A stretch of 64,000 nt of DNA from an uncultured Erysipelotrichia bacterium (GTDB lineage Bacteria; Bacillota_I; Bacilli_A; JBKEDG01). The position numbers and the translations under genes were made by a program. Below the pieces are notes generated by a model. It was not told the origin of the DNA. It was given only the letters and a program-made list of their open reading frames with translations, and searched no databases. Positions 1 to 9,530 of the stretch are shown here, in pieces; the first letter of the stretch is position 1; every line of letters begins with the position of its first letter. The stretch covers positions 52,512-116,511 of the forward strand of contig CAZQIG010000004.1 of NCBI GenBank assembly GCA_964593055.1, read 5' to 3'.

Positions 1-1025
1 AATTAGGATATTATTTAAAAAACAATTTACAAAAAAAGGTTTTATTTGTAGCAGCTGATGTTTATCGATTAGCAGCTATTGATCAATTACGTAAATTAGC
101 GCACGATTTAGAAATTGATCTTTATGAAGAAGGAATAGATAGTGATCCAGTTGTAATTGCTAAAAATGCTCAAGCTTATGCCAAAGAGCATCATTATGAT
201 TACTTATTAGTTGATACGGCTGGACGTCTTTATATTGATGAAGAGTTGATGGAAGAATTGAGTTCTATGAAAGAAGCGATTAATCCTGATGAGATAATGC
301 TTATTGTTGATGCGATGAGCGGTCAAGATGGTGTAAATGTTGCTTTGAATTTCAATGAGCGTTTAAGTGTAACAGGTGCTATCATTACTAAATTAGATGG
401 TGATTCACGAGGAGGTGTAGCTTTAAGTTTACGTCACGTTTCGCATATTCCGATTAAATTTAGCGGAATTGGTGAACATGCAAAAGATTTAGCTATTTTT
501 CATCCTGATCGTATGAGCCAAAGAATTTTAGGTATGGGAGATGTTGTAACACTTGTTGAAAAAGCTCAAGCTGTTATTGACGAAGATGAAGCAGAAAATT
601 TAATGAAACGAATGCAATCTGGTAAATTTGATTTAACTGACTTGTTAACTTCTATGCGTCAAACAAAAAAAATGGGATCTTTGAAATCTATTATGAAACT
701 TTTGCCAGGAATGCCTGATGTGAGTAATGTTAACATTGATGAGCGTGAGCTTGTTAAAACAGAAGCTTTAATTTTATCAATGACAAAATATGAACGTGAG
801 AATCCAGATGTTTTGAAAGCTTCTCGTAAGAAGCGTATTGCTGATGGTAGTGGTTTAACTGTTACGGATTTAAATAGACTTTTAAAGCAATTTGAACAAC
901 AAAAAAAAATGATGAAGATGTTTTCTGGTGGATCTATGGAATCGATGTTTCAAAACCCTACTGCTAATATGAGTGGGGGAAACCGTCAAATGAGGCGTAA
1001 GAATCGTAAAAAGAAAAAACGTTGA
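1..1025 (+). CDS. ffh: Signal recognition particle protein Ffh (5'-truncated by window edge)
   Basis: Frame open from base 3 (LGYYLKNNLQKKVLFVAADVYRLAAIDQL...DTAGRL); TKLDGDSRGG, RILGMGD and a Met-rich M domain; the ORF-track start at 246 is internal. Confidence 0.97.
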   Translation, partial: LGYYLKNNLQKKVLFVAADVYRLAAIDQLRKLAHDLEIDLYEEGIDSDPVVIAKNAQAYAKEHHYDYLLVDTAGRLYIDEELMEELSSMKEAINPDEIMLIVDAMSGQDGVNVALNFNERLSVTGAIITKLDGDSRGGVALSLRHVSHIPIKFSGIGEHAKDLAIFHPDRMSQRILGMGDVVTLVEKAQAVIDEDEAENLMKRMQSGKFDLTDLLTSMRQTKKMGSLKSIMKLLPGMPDVSNVNIDERELVKTEALILSMTKYERENPDVLKASRKKRIADGSGLTVTDLNRLLKQFEQQKKMMKMFSGGSMESMFQNPTANMSGGNRQMRRKNRKKKKR

Positions 1026-1040
1026 TAATACAGTTTAGAG

Positions 1041-2111
1041 GTGGTAGGCATGTATCGTAATACTTATTGTGAAGTTAACTTACAACATATTGTTGATAAT
1101 TATAAATATTTACAAAAAATTAGTAATTCAAAAGTTATTGGTGTTGTAAAAGGAAATGCTTATGGACACGGAATAATTGAAGTTGCCACGGCGTTAGTTG
1201 AAGCAGGAATAGAATGTTTAGGAGTAGCAACTTTTGATGAAGCAATTTATTTACGAAGCTTTATTGATGAAGAGATTGATATTTTGTTAATGGGTCATTG
1301 TGATATTGATGTTTTTACAGTTGCTGTGAAAAAGAATATTTCTATTGCAATCAGTAATTATGAACAATTAAAATATGTTCCAAAAGAGATGAAAATTCAT
1401 TTGAATTTTAATACGGGGATGAATCGCTTAGGAATGAGAGATCATCTAAAATGCTTGCAGTTTGTAAGACAACGAGAATTGAATTTAGAAGGTGTTTTTA
1501 CGCATTTTGGTACAGCTGATCATAATGATGCATATTATAGTATGCAAGTTTTTGAGTTCAAACAAATTTTAAAAAGTTTTGAAAACATGAATATAAAGTA
1601 CGTGCATGCACAAAATAGTGCTTCTTTATTATTAGAAAATCGTCTTTTGCCAGGTTGTAACACAGTTCGCATTGGTCTTGGACTTTATGGAATGAAGTGC
1701 AATGAAATTATTTTTAGTAAAAATTTAAAACCTGCACTGTCTTTATATAGTTATGTAAGTGCAATTAATTTTTTAAAAAAGGGTGATTTTACGAGTTATG
1801 ATGCACGCTATATTGCACAAAAAGATGAAATAGTTGCGACCGTGGCAATTGGTTATGCTGATGGTATTATTCGCGCAAATAGTGGGCGAGAAGTAGTTAT
1901 TAAAAATAAGCGTTATCCGATTATTGGACGTATTTGTATGGATCAATTAATTATTTTGATAGATGAAAACGTTATGTTAAATGACCGTGTAGAACTATTA
2001 GGAGAAAATATTTCAGTAGATGAAGTAGCTTCGTATTTAAAAACAATTAATTATGAGGTGACAACAATTATTTCTAAACGCGTAATGCGTAAATATATTA
2101 ATAACAAATAA
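1041..2111 (+). CDS. alr: Alanine racemase family PLP enzyme
   Basis: VVKGNAYGHG PLP-lysine motif, NTGMNRLG, IGYADG, GRICMDQ, TINYE; ATG at 1050 is an alternative start. Confidence 0.9.
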   Translation: MVGMYRNTYCEVNLQHIVDNYKYLQKISNSKVIGVVKGNAYGHGIIEVATALVEAGIECLGVATFDEAIYLRSFIDEEIDILLMGHCDIDVFTVAVKKNISIAISNYEQLKYVPKEMKIHLNFNTGMNRLGMRDHLKCLQFVRQRELNLEGVFTHFGTADHNDAYYSMQVFEFKQILKSFENMNIKYVHAQNSASLLLENRLLPGCNTVRIGLGLYGMKCNEIIFSKNLKPALSLYSYVSAINFLKKGDFTSYDARYIAQKDEIVATVAIGYADGIIRANSGREVVIKNKRYPIIGRICMDQLIILIDENVMLNDRVELLGENISVDEVASYLKTINYEVTTIISKRVMRKYINNK

Positions 2112-2121
2112 GGAGGAACGT

Positions 2122-3165
2122 ATGAGAAAAATTAGAGTAGCAATCTGGGGATTTGGAGCAATGGGACAAGGAATTGCAGAAATGATTATGCGAAAAGAAG
2201 GGCTTGAGATTGTTGGCGTAGTTGATATAAACCCTAAATTAGTTGGTGAACGATTAAATACTGTTTTGCAAACAACAAGTTTAAATGAAGTAATAATTAC
2301 AAATGATATTGATAGTGTTTTAAACGGTAATAAACCTGATATTTGTATTATTGCAACTGATTCTTTTACGGCGAGCACGTATGAAAAAATTATTAAAGTA
2401 GTAAGTGCTAAAGTAAATGTTATTTCAACTGCCGAAGAAATGGCTTATCCATATGCTAAAGAGCCTGAATTGAGTAAACAGATGCATGAACGAGCTAAAG
2501 AGTATGGAGTAACAATTCTTGGAACAGGAATTAATCCAGGATTAATGATGGATTCATTAGCACTTTTGTTGAGTGCAGCTATGAGTGACGTTGAGAGTAT
2601 TGAATGTAAGCGCGTTAATAGTTTGAGTCCTTTTGGAAAGTTAGTAATGGAAGAACAAGGTGTTGGTTTAAGTGTTAAAGAATTTGATCTTCACAAAGAA
2701 GAATTGGCAGGTCATGTAGGTTTCATAGAAAGCGTTAACTTAATAAGTTCGGGATTAGGCTTAAAAGTTAATCAGTTTACGCAAGAAATGGATAAAATTG
2801 TGACAAATGTTGATCGTAAGTCACCATTTGGGTTTGCTAAAGCAGGTGATGTGTGTGGTGTTAATATGACAGCAAAAGCTACTTGTAACAATGGGTTAGA
2901 AATTAACATGATTCATCCACAGCAAATTGAACCAGAAGATGAAGGCGTGATGACAGGAGATTATATAACTTTAAGCGGTACACCGCATATTAAGATGAGT
3001 ATTTCACCAGAAGTTGATGGCGGTATTGGAACAATTGCCATGTGCGTTAATATGATTTGTCATGTTTTAAATGCACGTCCAGGTTTAAAAACAATGATAG
3101 ATTTGCCGTTACCAAGAGCTATTTTAGGAGATTTTAGAAACTTTCTAGAGGATGAATTATGCTAA
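2122..3165 (+). CDS. ord: 2,4-diaminopentanoate dehydrogenase
   Basis: IWGFGAMG Rossmann motif, TAEEMAYP, LGTGINPG, GHVGF, HPQQIEP; operon context with ortAB-oraSE. Confidence 0.93.
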   Translation: MRKIRVAIWGFGAMGQGIAEMIMRKEGLEIVGVVDINPKLVGERLNTVLQTTSLNEVIITNDIDSVLNGNKPDICIIATDSFTASTYEKIIKVVSAKVNVISTAEEMAYPYAKEPELSKQMHERAKEYGVTILGTGINPGLMMDSLALLLSAAMSDVESIECKRVNSLSPFGKLVMEEQGVGLSVKEFDLHKEELAGHVGFIESVNLISSGLGLKVNQFTQEMDKIVTNVDRKSPFGFAKAGDVCGVNMTAKATCNNGLEINMIHPQQIEPEDEGVMTGDYITLSGTPHIKMSISPEVDGGIGTIAMCVNMICHVLNARPGLKTMIDLPLPRAILGDFRNFLEDELC

Positions 3166-3449
3166 AAGGAACGTATGTTAGAATAACATATACTTTGCTT
3201 TTACCGTCAGAACGTGCTAGTAATCTACCAGTAGATACAAAAAAAACTCCTTTGAAAGTTTGGGTTAAGGGTTTTTTAACACAAGATGCAGAAATTGGTG
3301 AGGAAGTAGAAATAATTACTTTGACAAATCGTGTAGTTAAAGGAGTTCTTTTAGGAGAAAATGTAAATTATCAAGTTGATTATGGAGAAGCTGTAAATGA
3401 GTTAGTCACGATAGGCCCTTATTTAAAAGGAGAGTTATATGAATCGTAA
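3159..3449 (+). CDS. ortA: 2-amino-4-ketopentanoate thiolase alpha subunit
   Basis: ERAxxLPxDTKKTPLxxWVKGFL signature, 96 aa, between ord and ortB. Confidence 0.9.
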   Translation: MLKGTYVRITYTLLLPSERASNLPVDTKKTPLKVWVKGFLTQDAEIGEEVEIITLTNRVVKGVLLGENVNYQVDYGEAVNELVTIGPYLKGELYES

Positions 3450-4848
3450 TGTATATGAAGAGATTATGGATCGTAAACATGAAATTTTGCAAAAATCGAC
3501 AAAAATTGACTATCAATCTTATGAATTAGAAGGACTTAGTTTTGATTATGAGCGAATGCTAGCAGATGTTAATTATACTGATGATGAAATACGTGATATT
3601 TTAAAGGAATTAGGTGTTGGGCAAACTCGTTTGATTGAAGTAAAAAATATTAATGAGTTAGTGAGCAAACTTAGTCCAGATAATTTAGGAGCGAAAATTT
3701 TTATTAAAGATGAAGCGACTAATGCTAGTGGCTCTTATAAAGCACGTCGTGCTGCATTGTCAGTTTTTCATGCAAAAAAATTAGGGTATAAAGGTGTTGT
3801 TGCTGCTACTAGTGGTAATTATGGTGCTGCAGTTGCCTCAATGGCTGCTAAATTAGGTTTAAAGTGTATTATTATTCAAGAATGTTATGATTCTAATGAA
3901 GTTGGACAACCAGAAATTTTAGAAAAAGCGCGTAAGTGTGAAAGTTATGGAGCAGAAGTTATTCAAACGACTGTTGGTCCAGAATTATTTTATGTTGCAC
4001 TAGATATTTTAGATAAAACAGGATATTTTAATGCTTCACTATATACGCCACATGCTATTAGAGGTGTAGAGACATTAGGAAGAGAAATAGTAGAAGATTT
4101 AGCAGAGTTAGAATTACAAGCAGATGTTGTTATTTGTACTAATGCTGGTGGTGGTAATTTAACTGGGACGGCTAGAGGTATTAAAAAATATGCGAAAAAT
4201 GATTGTGAAATTATTGCAGCGAGTGTTGATTTATATGGTCTTCATATGGCAAGTGATAAAGATTTTAATAAAAAGTCTTTTACAACAGGACATACTGGAT
4301 TTAGTATTCCATTTACGATTTTTCCAGATCGTTCTGATGTTCCGCGCTCAAGTGCAAGACCACTGAGGTATATGGATCGTCATTTGACAGTTACACAAGG
4401 AGAAGTTTTTTATATAACAGAAATGCTAGCACAGCTAGAAGGATTAGAGCGTGGACCAGCAGGTAATGTTTCTTTAGCTGCGGCTTTTGCATTAGCTCAA
4501 ACACTTCCTCAAGATAAAGTAATTGTTGTACAAGAAACTGAATATACAGGTGCGGGAAAACATATTAATCCACAATTGGCTTTTGCGAGAAAAAATGGTA
4601 TTGATATTTTCTATGGTGATCGCCAAGATAGTGTTAATGGTAAAAACATTGTTTTACCAAAAGATGTTAGTGAGATTGCTTTTAGTGAACTTGATTTAGA
4701 AGATTTACGTTTAAAGTATTTACAAAGAATTTCTTTTGATAATAAGTTGAGTTTAGAAGACTTACGTTATTTAAGTGCAGAATTAAATATTACACAAGAA
4801 GAATTAGAAAAACTGTTTTTAAGAATGGAGGTTGATTATGAAAGTTAA
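3439..4848 (+). CDS. ortB: 2-amino-4-ketopentanoate thiolase beta subunit (PLP)
   Basis: KDEATNASGSYKARRA, AATSGNYGAA, NAGGGNLTGTARG, ERGPAGN. Confidence 0.93.
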   Translation: MNRNVYEEIMDRKHEILQKSTKIDYQSYELEGLSFDYERMLADVNYTDDEIRDILKELGVGQTRLIEVKNINELVSKLSPDNLGAKIFIKDEATNASGSYKARRAALSVFHAKKLGYKGVVAATSGNYGAAVASMAAKLGLKCIIIQECYDSNEVGQPEILEKARKCESYGAEVIQTTVGPELFYVALDILDKTGYFNASLYTPHAIRGVETLGREIVEDLAELELQADVVICTNAGGGNLTGTARGIKKYAKNDCEIIAASVDLYGLHMASDKDFNKKSFTTGHTGFSIPFTIFPDRSDVPRSSARPLRYMDRHLTVTQGEVFYITEMLAQLEGLERGPAGNVSLAAAFALAQTLPQDKVIVVQETEYTGAGKHINPQLAFARKNGIDIFYGDRQDSVNGKNIVLPKDVSEIAFSELDLEDLRLKYLQRISFDNKLSLEDLRYLSAELNITQEELEKLFLRMEVDYES

Positions 4849-5206
4849 TGCTAGAGAAGATGATTTTCATAAACGTAGAGAACATTTAGATAAGATGAGT
4901 AAAGAAGAATTAAAGAACTATTTTTGGGAATTGACAGAGAAAGTTGTTAATCCTTTATTAGAACTTAGTTATGAAAGTACAACGCTTTCAATTGAAAGAA
5001 GTGTTTTGCTTCGTATGGGTTATTCTTCAATTGATGCGGGAATTATCGTTAAGAAAATTGAAGCTTTAGAGTTATTAAAATATGGAGCTGGTCATATTGT
5101 CTATCTAACAATGCAAGAATATGCTTGTAGTTTAAATGAGGCTAAAGAGTATATTTTGCAAGAAAATCTTTCGAAAGTGATGCGGGTAATTGAAAAATGG
5201 GATTAA
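4838..5206 (+). CDS. oraS: D-ornithine 4,5-aminomutase small subunit
   Basis: REDDF..RREHL, YFWELTEK, SIERSVLLRMG; ATG 4838 follows a GGAGG RBS. Confidence 0.92.
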   Translation: MKVNAREDDFHKRREHLDKMSKEELKNYFWELTEKVVNPLLELSYESTTLSIERSVLLRMGYSSIDAGIIVKKIEALELLKYGAGHIVYLTMQEYACSLNEAKEYILQENLSKVMRVIEKWD

Positions 5207-7386
5207 ATGAAAATAAAAAATTAAATATTGATAACATTTTAAAAGACTTAGAAAACTATGAGCCTAAGCGACGTGGTTGGGTTTGGCGTGAACAAAAAAG
5301 TGTAAAACTCGGTCCTTTTACTTATCAAGATGCTAGTGAATCATTGAAAAAAAGTGTTCCCTTACCATCTTCTAGAGCACTTGATTTTATTGATCCACAG
5401 CCTAGTAATGTAATTACGACAGAAATTGCTTCAGGTAGGTTTGAAGATGATATTAGAAGAATGCGAATGGCCGCTTGGCATGGAGCAGATCATATTATGG
5501 TAATTCGTACGGCTGGTCAATCGCATTTTGATGGTTTAATTGAGGGAACACCTCAAGGAATTGGTGGAATTCCCGTTACTAGAAAACAGTTGCGTGCACA
5601 ACGTAAAGCTTTAGATTTAATTGAAGAAGAAGTAGGAAGACCTATCAATTATCATTCTTATGTAAGTGGTGTGGCTGGACCAGATATAGCTGTCATGTTT
5701 GCAGAAGAAGGTGTTAATGGAGCTCATCAAGATCCACAATACAACGTTTTATATCGAAACATTAATATGGTTCGTTCTTTTGTTGATGCTGCTGAAAGTA
5801 AAAAAATCTTAGCTTGGGCTGATATCGCACAAATTGATGGTGCCCATAATGCTAATGCGACTGCAAGAGATGCTTGGAAAGTAATGCCAGAGCTCTTAGT
5901 TCAACATGCAATTAACTGCACTTTTTCTGAAAAAGTAGGGATTAAACCTGATAATATTTGTCTTTCTACTGTACCACCTGCAGCATCACCTGCACCTGAT
6001 TTAAAGCTTAATTTACCATATGCAGTTGCATTACGTGAGTTTTTTAGTAAATATAAAATGCGTGCACAAATGAATACTAAATATATGGATTCATCTACAC
6101 GTGAAGCTACTGTAACACATGTTTTAAATTTGTTAGTTTCAAAATTGACTAGTGCAGATATTCAATCGACAATTACTCCTGATGAAGGAAGAAATGTTCC
6201 ATGGCATATTTATAATATTGAAGCTTGTGATACTGCTAAACAAGCTTTAGTAGGTATGGATGATTTAATGAATCTAATTCAGTTACGTGAAGAAGGATTT
6301 TTACCGGAAAAAACACGTGAAATTCAAGAAAGAGCAATATTATTTTTAGAAGAGATTTTAAGTTATGGTGGATATTTTGAAGCAGTAGAAGCAGGGATGT
6401 TTGTAGATTCTGGTGAGTTTCCCGAAAGAAATGCCGATGGAATTGTTCGTGAGATTAACGGTGGTGTTGCTTCTGGAACAGTTGTTAAACGCGATAAAAA
6501 TTATATGGCACCAGTAACTGCTCATTACGGTTACAACAATTATGAACGTTATACTGATAAAGATCCAGCTTCTTTAATAGGTGGCTGTAGCTTTGAAGAT
6601 CGTTCTAAAATAGTTTATATTGATGAATTAGATGAAAATGACAACGTTAATAAACGCCTAGAAAATAATGTTAAGTATCGTCAAGGAACTTCTTTAAAAC
6701 CAGAAGTAGAGTGGCTAGCTGATGGAACTGTAACAGTCGATTTATTTTTACCAACAGATGAAAGACATGCAGTAGCTGCTGCTTTAGAAATTGGTAAACG
6801 TATGAACTTACAAGATGTTGAAGTAATTCATAAAGAAATTATGCATCCTAGTGAAGGAACGCGTATCCAGTTTAAAGGAACAGTGGATTTCGAGCTTGAT
6901 TTGAATGAATTAGTGCTACCAAAAGAGCAAAAGTTGCTCAGTGAAGAAGAGATTTTTAAGTTTGTTAAAAAGCACGGACTTAAAGTTATTGCTGGAACAG
7001 TTGGTGAAGATGAGCATTCTGTAGGAATGAGAGAAATTTTAGATATTAAACATGGTGGAATTGAAAAATATGGTATTACATATGTTAATTTAGGTACTAG
7101 TGTACCAATTAATAAAATGGTAGATGCAGCAATTGAAGCTGAAGCTGATGCTATTTTGATTTCTTCAATTATTTCCCACGATGATATTCATTATCGCAAT
7201 ATGAAAAAAATTAGTGATTTATGTGTTGAAAAAGGTATTCGTGATAAAATTTTGCTTGTAGCAGGAGGAACGCAAGTTTCTGATGAACAGGCAAAAAATT
7301 CAGGAATGGATATTGGATTTGGTCGTGGAACTAAAGGACACCACGTTGCTTCATACTTAGTTGAAAATTTAAAAAAGCCTCAATGA
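5197..7386 (+). CDS. oraE: D-ornithine 4,5-aminomutase large subunit (AdoCbl/PLP)
   Basis: EIASGRFEDDIRRMRMAAWHGADHIMVIRT; C-terminal B12 domain GEDEHSVG...DIKHGG. Confidence 0.96.
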   Translation: MGLNENKKLNIDNILKDLENYEPKRRGWVWREQKSVKLGPFTYQDASESLKKSVPLPSSRALDFIDPQPSNVITTEIASGRFEDDIRRMRMAAWHGADHIMVIRTAGQSHFDGLIEGTPQGIGGIPVTRKQLRAQRKALDLIEEEVGRPINYHSYVSGVAGPDIAVMFAEEGVNGAHQDPQYNVLYRNINMVRSFVDAAESKKILAWADIAQIDGAHNANATARDAWKVMPELLVQHAINCTFSEKVGIKPDNICLSTVPPAASPAPDLKLNLPYAVALREFFSKYKMRAQMNTKYMDSSTREATVTHVLNLLVSKLTSADIQSTITPDEGRNVPWHIYNIEACDTAKQALVGMDDLMNLIQLREEGFLPEKTREIQERAILFLEEILSYGGYFEAVEAGMFVDSGEFPERNADGIVREINGGVASGTVVKRDKNYMAPVTAHYGYNNYERYTDKDPASLIGGCSFEDRSKIVYIDELDENDNVNKRLENNVKYRQGTSLKPEVEWLADGTVTVDLFLPTDERHAVAAALEIGKRMNLQDVEVIHKEIMHPSEGTRIQFKGTVDFELDLNELVLPKEQKLLSEEEIFKFVKKHGLKVIAGTVGEDEHSVGMREILDIKHGGIEKYGITYVNLGTSVPINKMVDAAIEAEADAILISSIISHDDIHYRNMKKISDLCVEKGIRDKILLVAGGTQVSDEQAKNSGMDIGFGRGTKGHHVASYLVENLKKPQ

Positions 7387-7404
7387 TGAGTGCTTTTTTT
7401 TTTT
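7371..7404 (+). terminator. Intrinsic terminator of the ornithine operon
   Basis: AAAAAAGC-CTCA/TGAG-t-GCTTTTTT stem followed by a long T run. Confidence 0.7.
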
Positions 7405-7409
7405 AGATA

Positions 7410-7418
7410 TGGTATAAT
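7410..7418 (+). promoter_or_regulatory. Extended -10 promoter for rsmG operon
   Basis: TGGTATAAT (TGn-TATAAT) just upstream of the rsmG start. Confidence 0.55.
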
Positions 7419-7434
7419 GTGTTATGGTGATTTT

Positions 7435-8148
7435 ATGAATAAAGAAACATTTATAGGGCATGCTAAAGCATTAAAAATCGAAATAAATGATGATCATTAT
7501 TATTTATTTAAACAGTATTATGATTTTTTAGTAGCGGAAAATCAAAAGTATAATTTAACGGCAATTACCGATGAAAAAGAAGTTTTTTACAAACACTTTT
7601 TAGATAGTTTAACGATTCTAAATCATTTAGATGATAATATGGAGCTTTTGGATGTAGGTTCTGGGGCAGGCTTTCCAAGTATTCCACTATTAATTTTAAA
7701 ACCAACTTTAAAAGTGACAATTGTAGATTCTTTACAAAAGCGTATTAATTTTTTAACCGAACTCACAGAGAAATTACAATTAAGTAATATAACTTTAATT
7801 CATAAACGTGTTGAAGAATTAGATGAATCATATCGTGAAAGATTTGATGTTGTTTGTGCAAGAGCTGTAGCCTCACTTTCCATTTTAAGTGAGCTGTGTT
7901 TTCCTTTTGTCAAAGTATCGGGACTTTTTATCGCTTTAAAGGGTCGCAAAGCTTTAGAAGAGTTAGCACTATTTGATGCAATTAATGTATTAGGTGGTAA
8001 ACATCTTAAAAGCGAGCAAGTTATGTTACCAAATGATTATGGAATGAGGTATAACTTAGTGTTTTATAAATTAACTAAAACTGCCTTAAAATACCCGCGT
8101 AATTTTGGACAAATTAAGAAAAGGCCACTAGGAGTGAATAATGTATAA
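7435..8148 (+). CDS. rsmG: 16S rRNA m7G527 methyltransferase
   Basis: NLTAI, KHFLDS, LDVGSGAGFP, ARAVA, KYPR; start moved from 7390 to ATG 7435 because the upstream part is terminator/promoter. Confidence 0.95.
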   Translation: MNKETFIGHAKALKIEINDDHYYLFKQYYDFLVAENQKYNLTAITDEKEVFYKHFLDSLTILNHLDDNMELLDVGSGAGFPSIPLLILKPTLKVTIVDSLQKRINFLTELTEKLQLSNITLIHKRVEELDESYRERFDVVCARAVASLSILSELCFPFVKVSGLFIALKGRKALEELALFDAINVLGGKHLKSEQVMLPNDYGMRYNLVFYKLTKTALKYPRNFGQIKKRPLGVNNV

Positions 8149-8896
8149 ATTATTGGAGACAGAGATTTCAAAAATTATTGTAAATAAAAATCAACCGCGT
8201 AAAATATTCAATGAAGAATCTTTAAATGAATTATCAGCTTCTATTAAAGAGTATGGCTTGATTCAACCTTTAGTCGTTACAACACTAGGTGACGATTATT
8301 TATTAGTTGCTGGAGAAAGGCGTTTACGTGCAGCAAAAAAAGCAGGCTTGAAAAATGTACCGGTTATTATAAATGATATGGAAATGCAAGATGTTAGTAA
8401 AGTAGCAATTATTGAAAATATTCAAAGAGAAGATTTAACTGCTATTGAAGAAGCGTATGCGTATAAACAATTGATTCAACAATATAAATTAACACAAACA
8501 GAAATTGCTCAAGGAATAGGTAAAACACAATCTAGTATTGCTAATAAAATAAGATTGCTAAAGCTCGATACTAAAGTGCAAGAAGCTATTTTAAATCGTG
8601 AAATTACTGAAAGACATGGAAGAGCATTATTACGTGTTGATCTTGTAAAACAGCAAGATTTATTAGCAAAAGTTCTAGAAAATGATTATACGGTAAAACA
8701 ACTAGAGCAAATTATAAATCGTCCTGAAAGAGCAAAAACTGCAACAATTCGTAAAATTGGACGTAAGGAAAAGATTGCTTTAAATACTTTGAAGCAAACG
8801 GCGAAGTTGTTAGAAAAAAATGGTATTGATTTTAGTTATGAGGTAGCAAATAATGAAGATAGTAGTGTTGTAACATTCATTGTTAAAAAGGATTGA
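8141..8896 (+). CDS. noc: Noc-like ParB paralogue (nucleoid occlusion protein)
   Basis: NQPRKIF, GERRLRA, IENIQREDL, HTH, ITERHGRALL; canonical position rsmG-noc-parA-parB. Confidence 0.78.
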   Translation: MYKLLETEISKIIVNKNQPRKIFNEESLNELSASIKEYGLIQPLVVTTLGDDYLLVAGERRLRAAKKAGLKNVPVIINDMEMQDVSKVAIIENIQREDLTAIEEAYAYKQLIQQYKLTQTEIAQGIGKTQSSIANKIRLLKLDTKVQEAILNREITERHGRALLRVDLVKQQDLLAKVLENDYTVKQLEQIINRPERAKTATIRKIGRKEKIALNTLKQTAKLLEKNGIDFSYEVANNEDSSVVTFIVKKD

Positions 8897-8900
8897 GATA

Positions 8901-9530
8901 ATGGTTTTAGATAATTATCAACAACTAAAAAAAGATCTTGGAGATGTCGACTTAGTAGTAGTGACTAAATATCAAGAGATAGATAAAATTGAGATTCTTT
9001 ATGAAGCAGGAGTTCGATTATTCGGAGAAAATCGCGTTGAAGCTTTAGTAAAGAGGGCTTTATTATTTCCTGAAGCTCATTTTCATATGATTGGCAGATT
9101 ACAAACTAATAAAGTGCGTAAGTTAATAGGTCATTGTAGTTTGATCCATTCTGTAGATTCATTGAAATTATTGCAAGTAATTGATAAAGAAGCAGCAAAA
9201 AAAAATTTAGTTCAAGATGTATTATTACAAGTTAATTTAAGTAATGAAACAACAAAGGCAGGTTTTAGTGAAATAGAATTAAAATCGATTATTAATGTGT
9301 TACATGAATATGTTCACGTTAACGTCTGTGGATTGATGATGATGGCTCCTTTTACAGAAGACCGAAACTATTTAAGTGAGCTATTTCAAGAAATGTATGA
9401 ATTATTTCAAAAGTTTGATTTTAAGATTTTATCAATGGGAATGAGTAATGATTATGAAATTGCTCTTCAAAAAGGAGCAACAATGGTGAGAATTGGTAGT
9501 AAAATTTTCAAGACTAAGGAGTTATTGTAA
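8901..9530 (+). CDS. yggS: PLP homeostasis protein, YggS/PROSC family
   Basis: VVVTKY, FGENRV, HMIGRLQTNKV, LSMGMSNDY, GATMVRIGS; start at ATG 8901 after AAGGA. Confidence 0.93.
   Translation: MVLDNYQQLKKDLGDVDLVVVTKYQEIDKIEILYEAGVRLFGENRVEALVKRALLFPEAHFHMIGRLQTNKVRKLIGHCSLIHSVDSLKLLQVIDKEAAKKNLVQDVLLQVNLSNETTKAGFSEIELKSIINVLHEYVHVNVCGLMMMAPFTEDRNYLSELFQEMYELFQKFDFKILSMGMSNDYEIALQKGATMVRIGSKIFKTKELL

Noticed and set aside
57-80. Ffh motif DVYRLAA instead of the usual DVYRPAA
   Set aside because: Single substitution in a truncated gene; cannot distinguish natural variation from error
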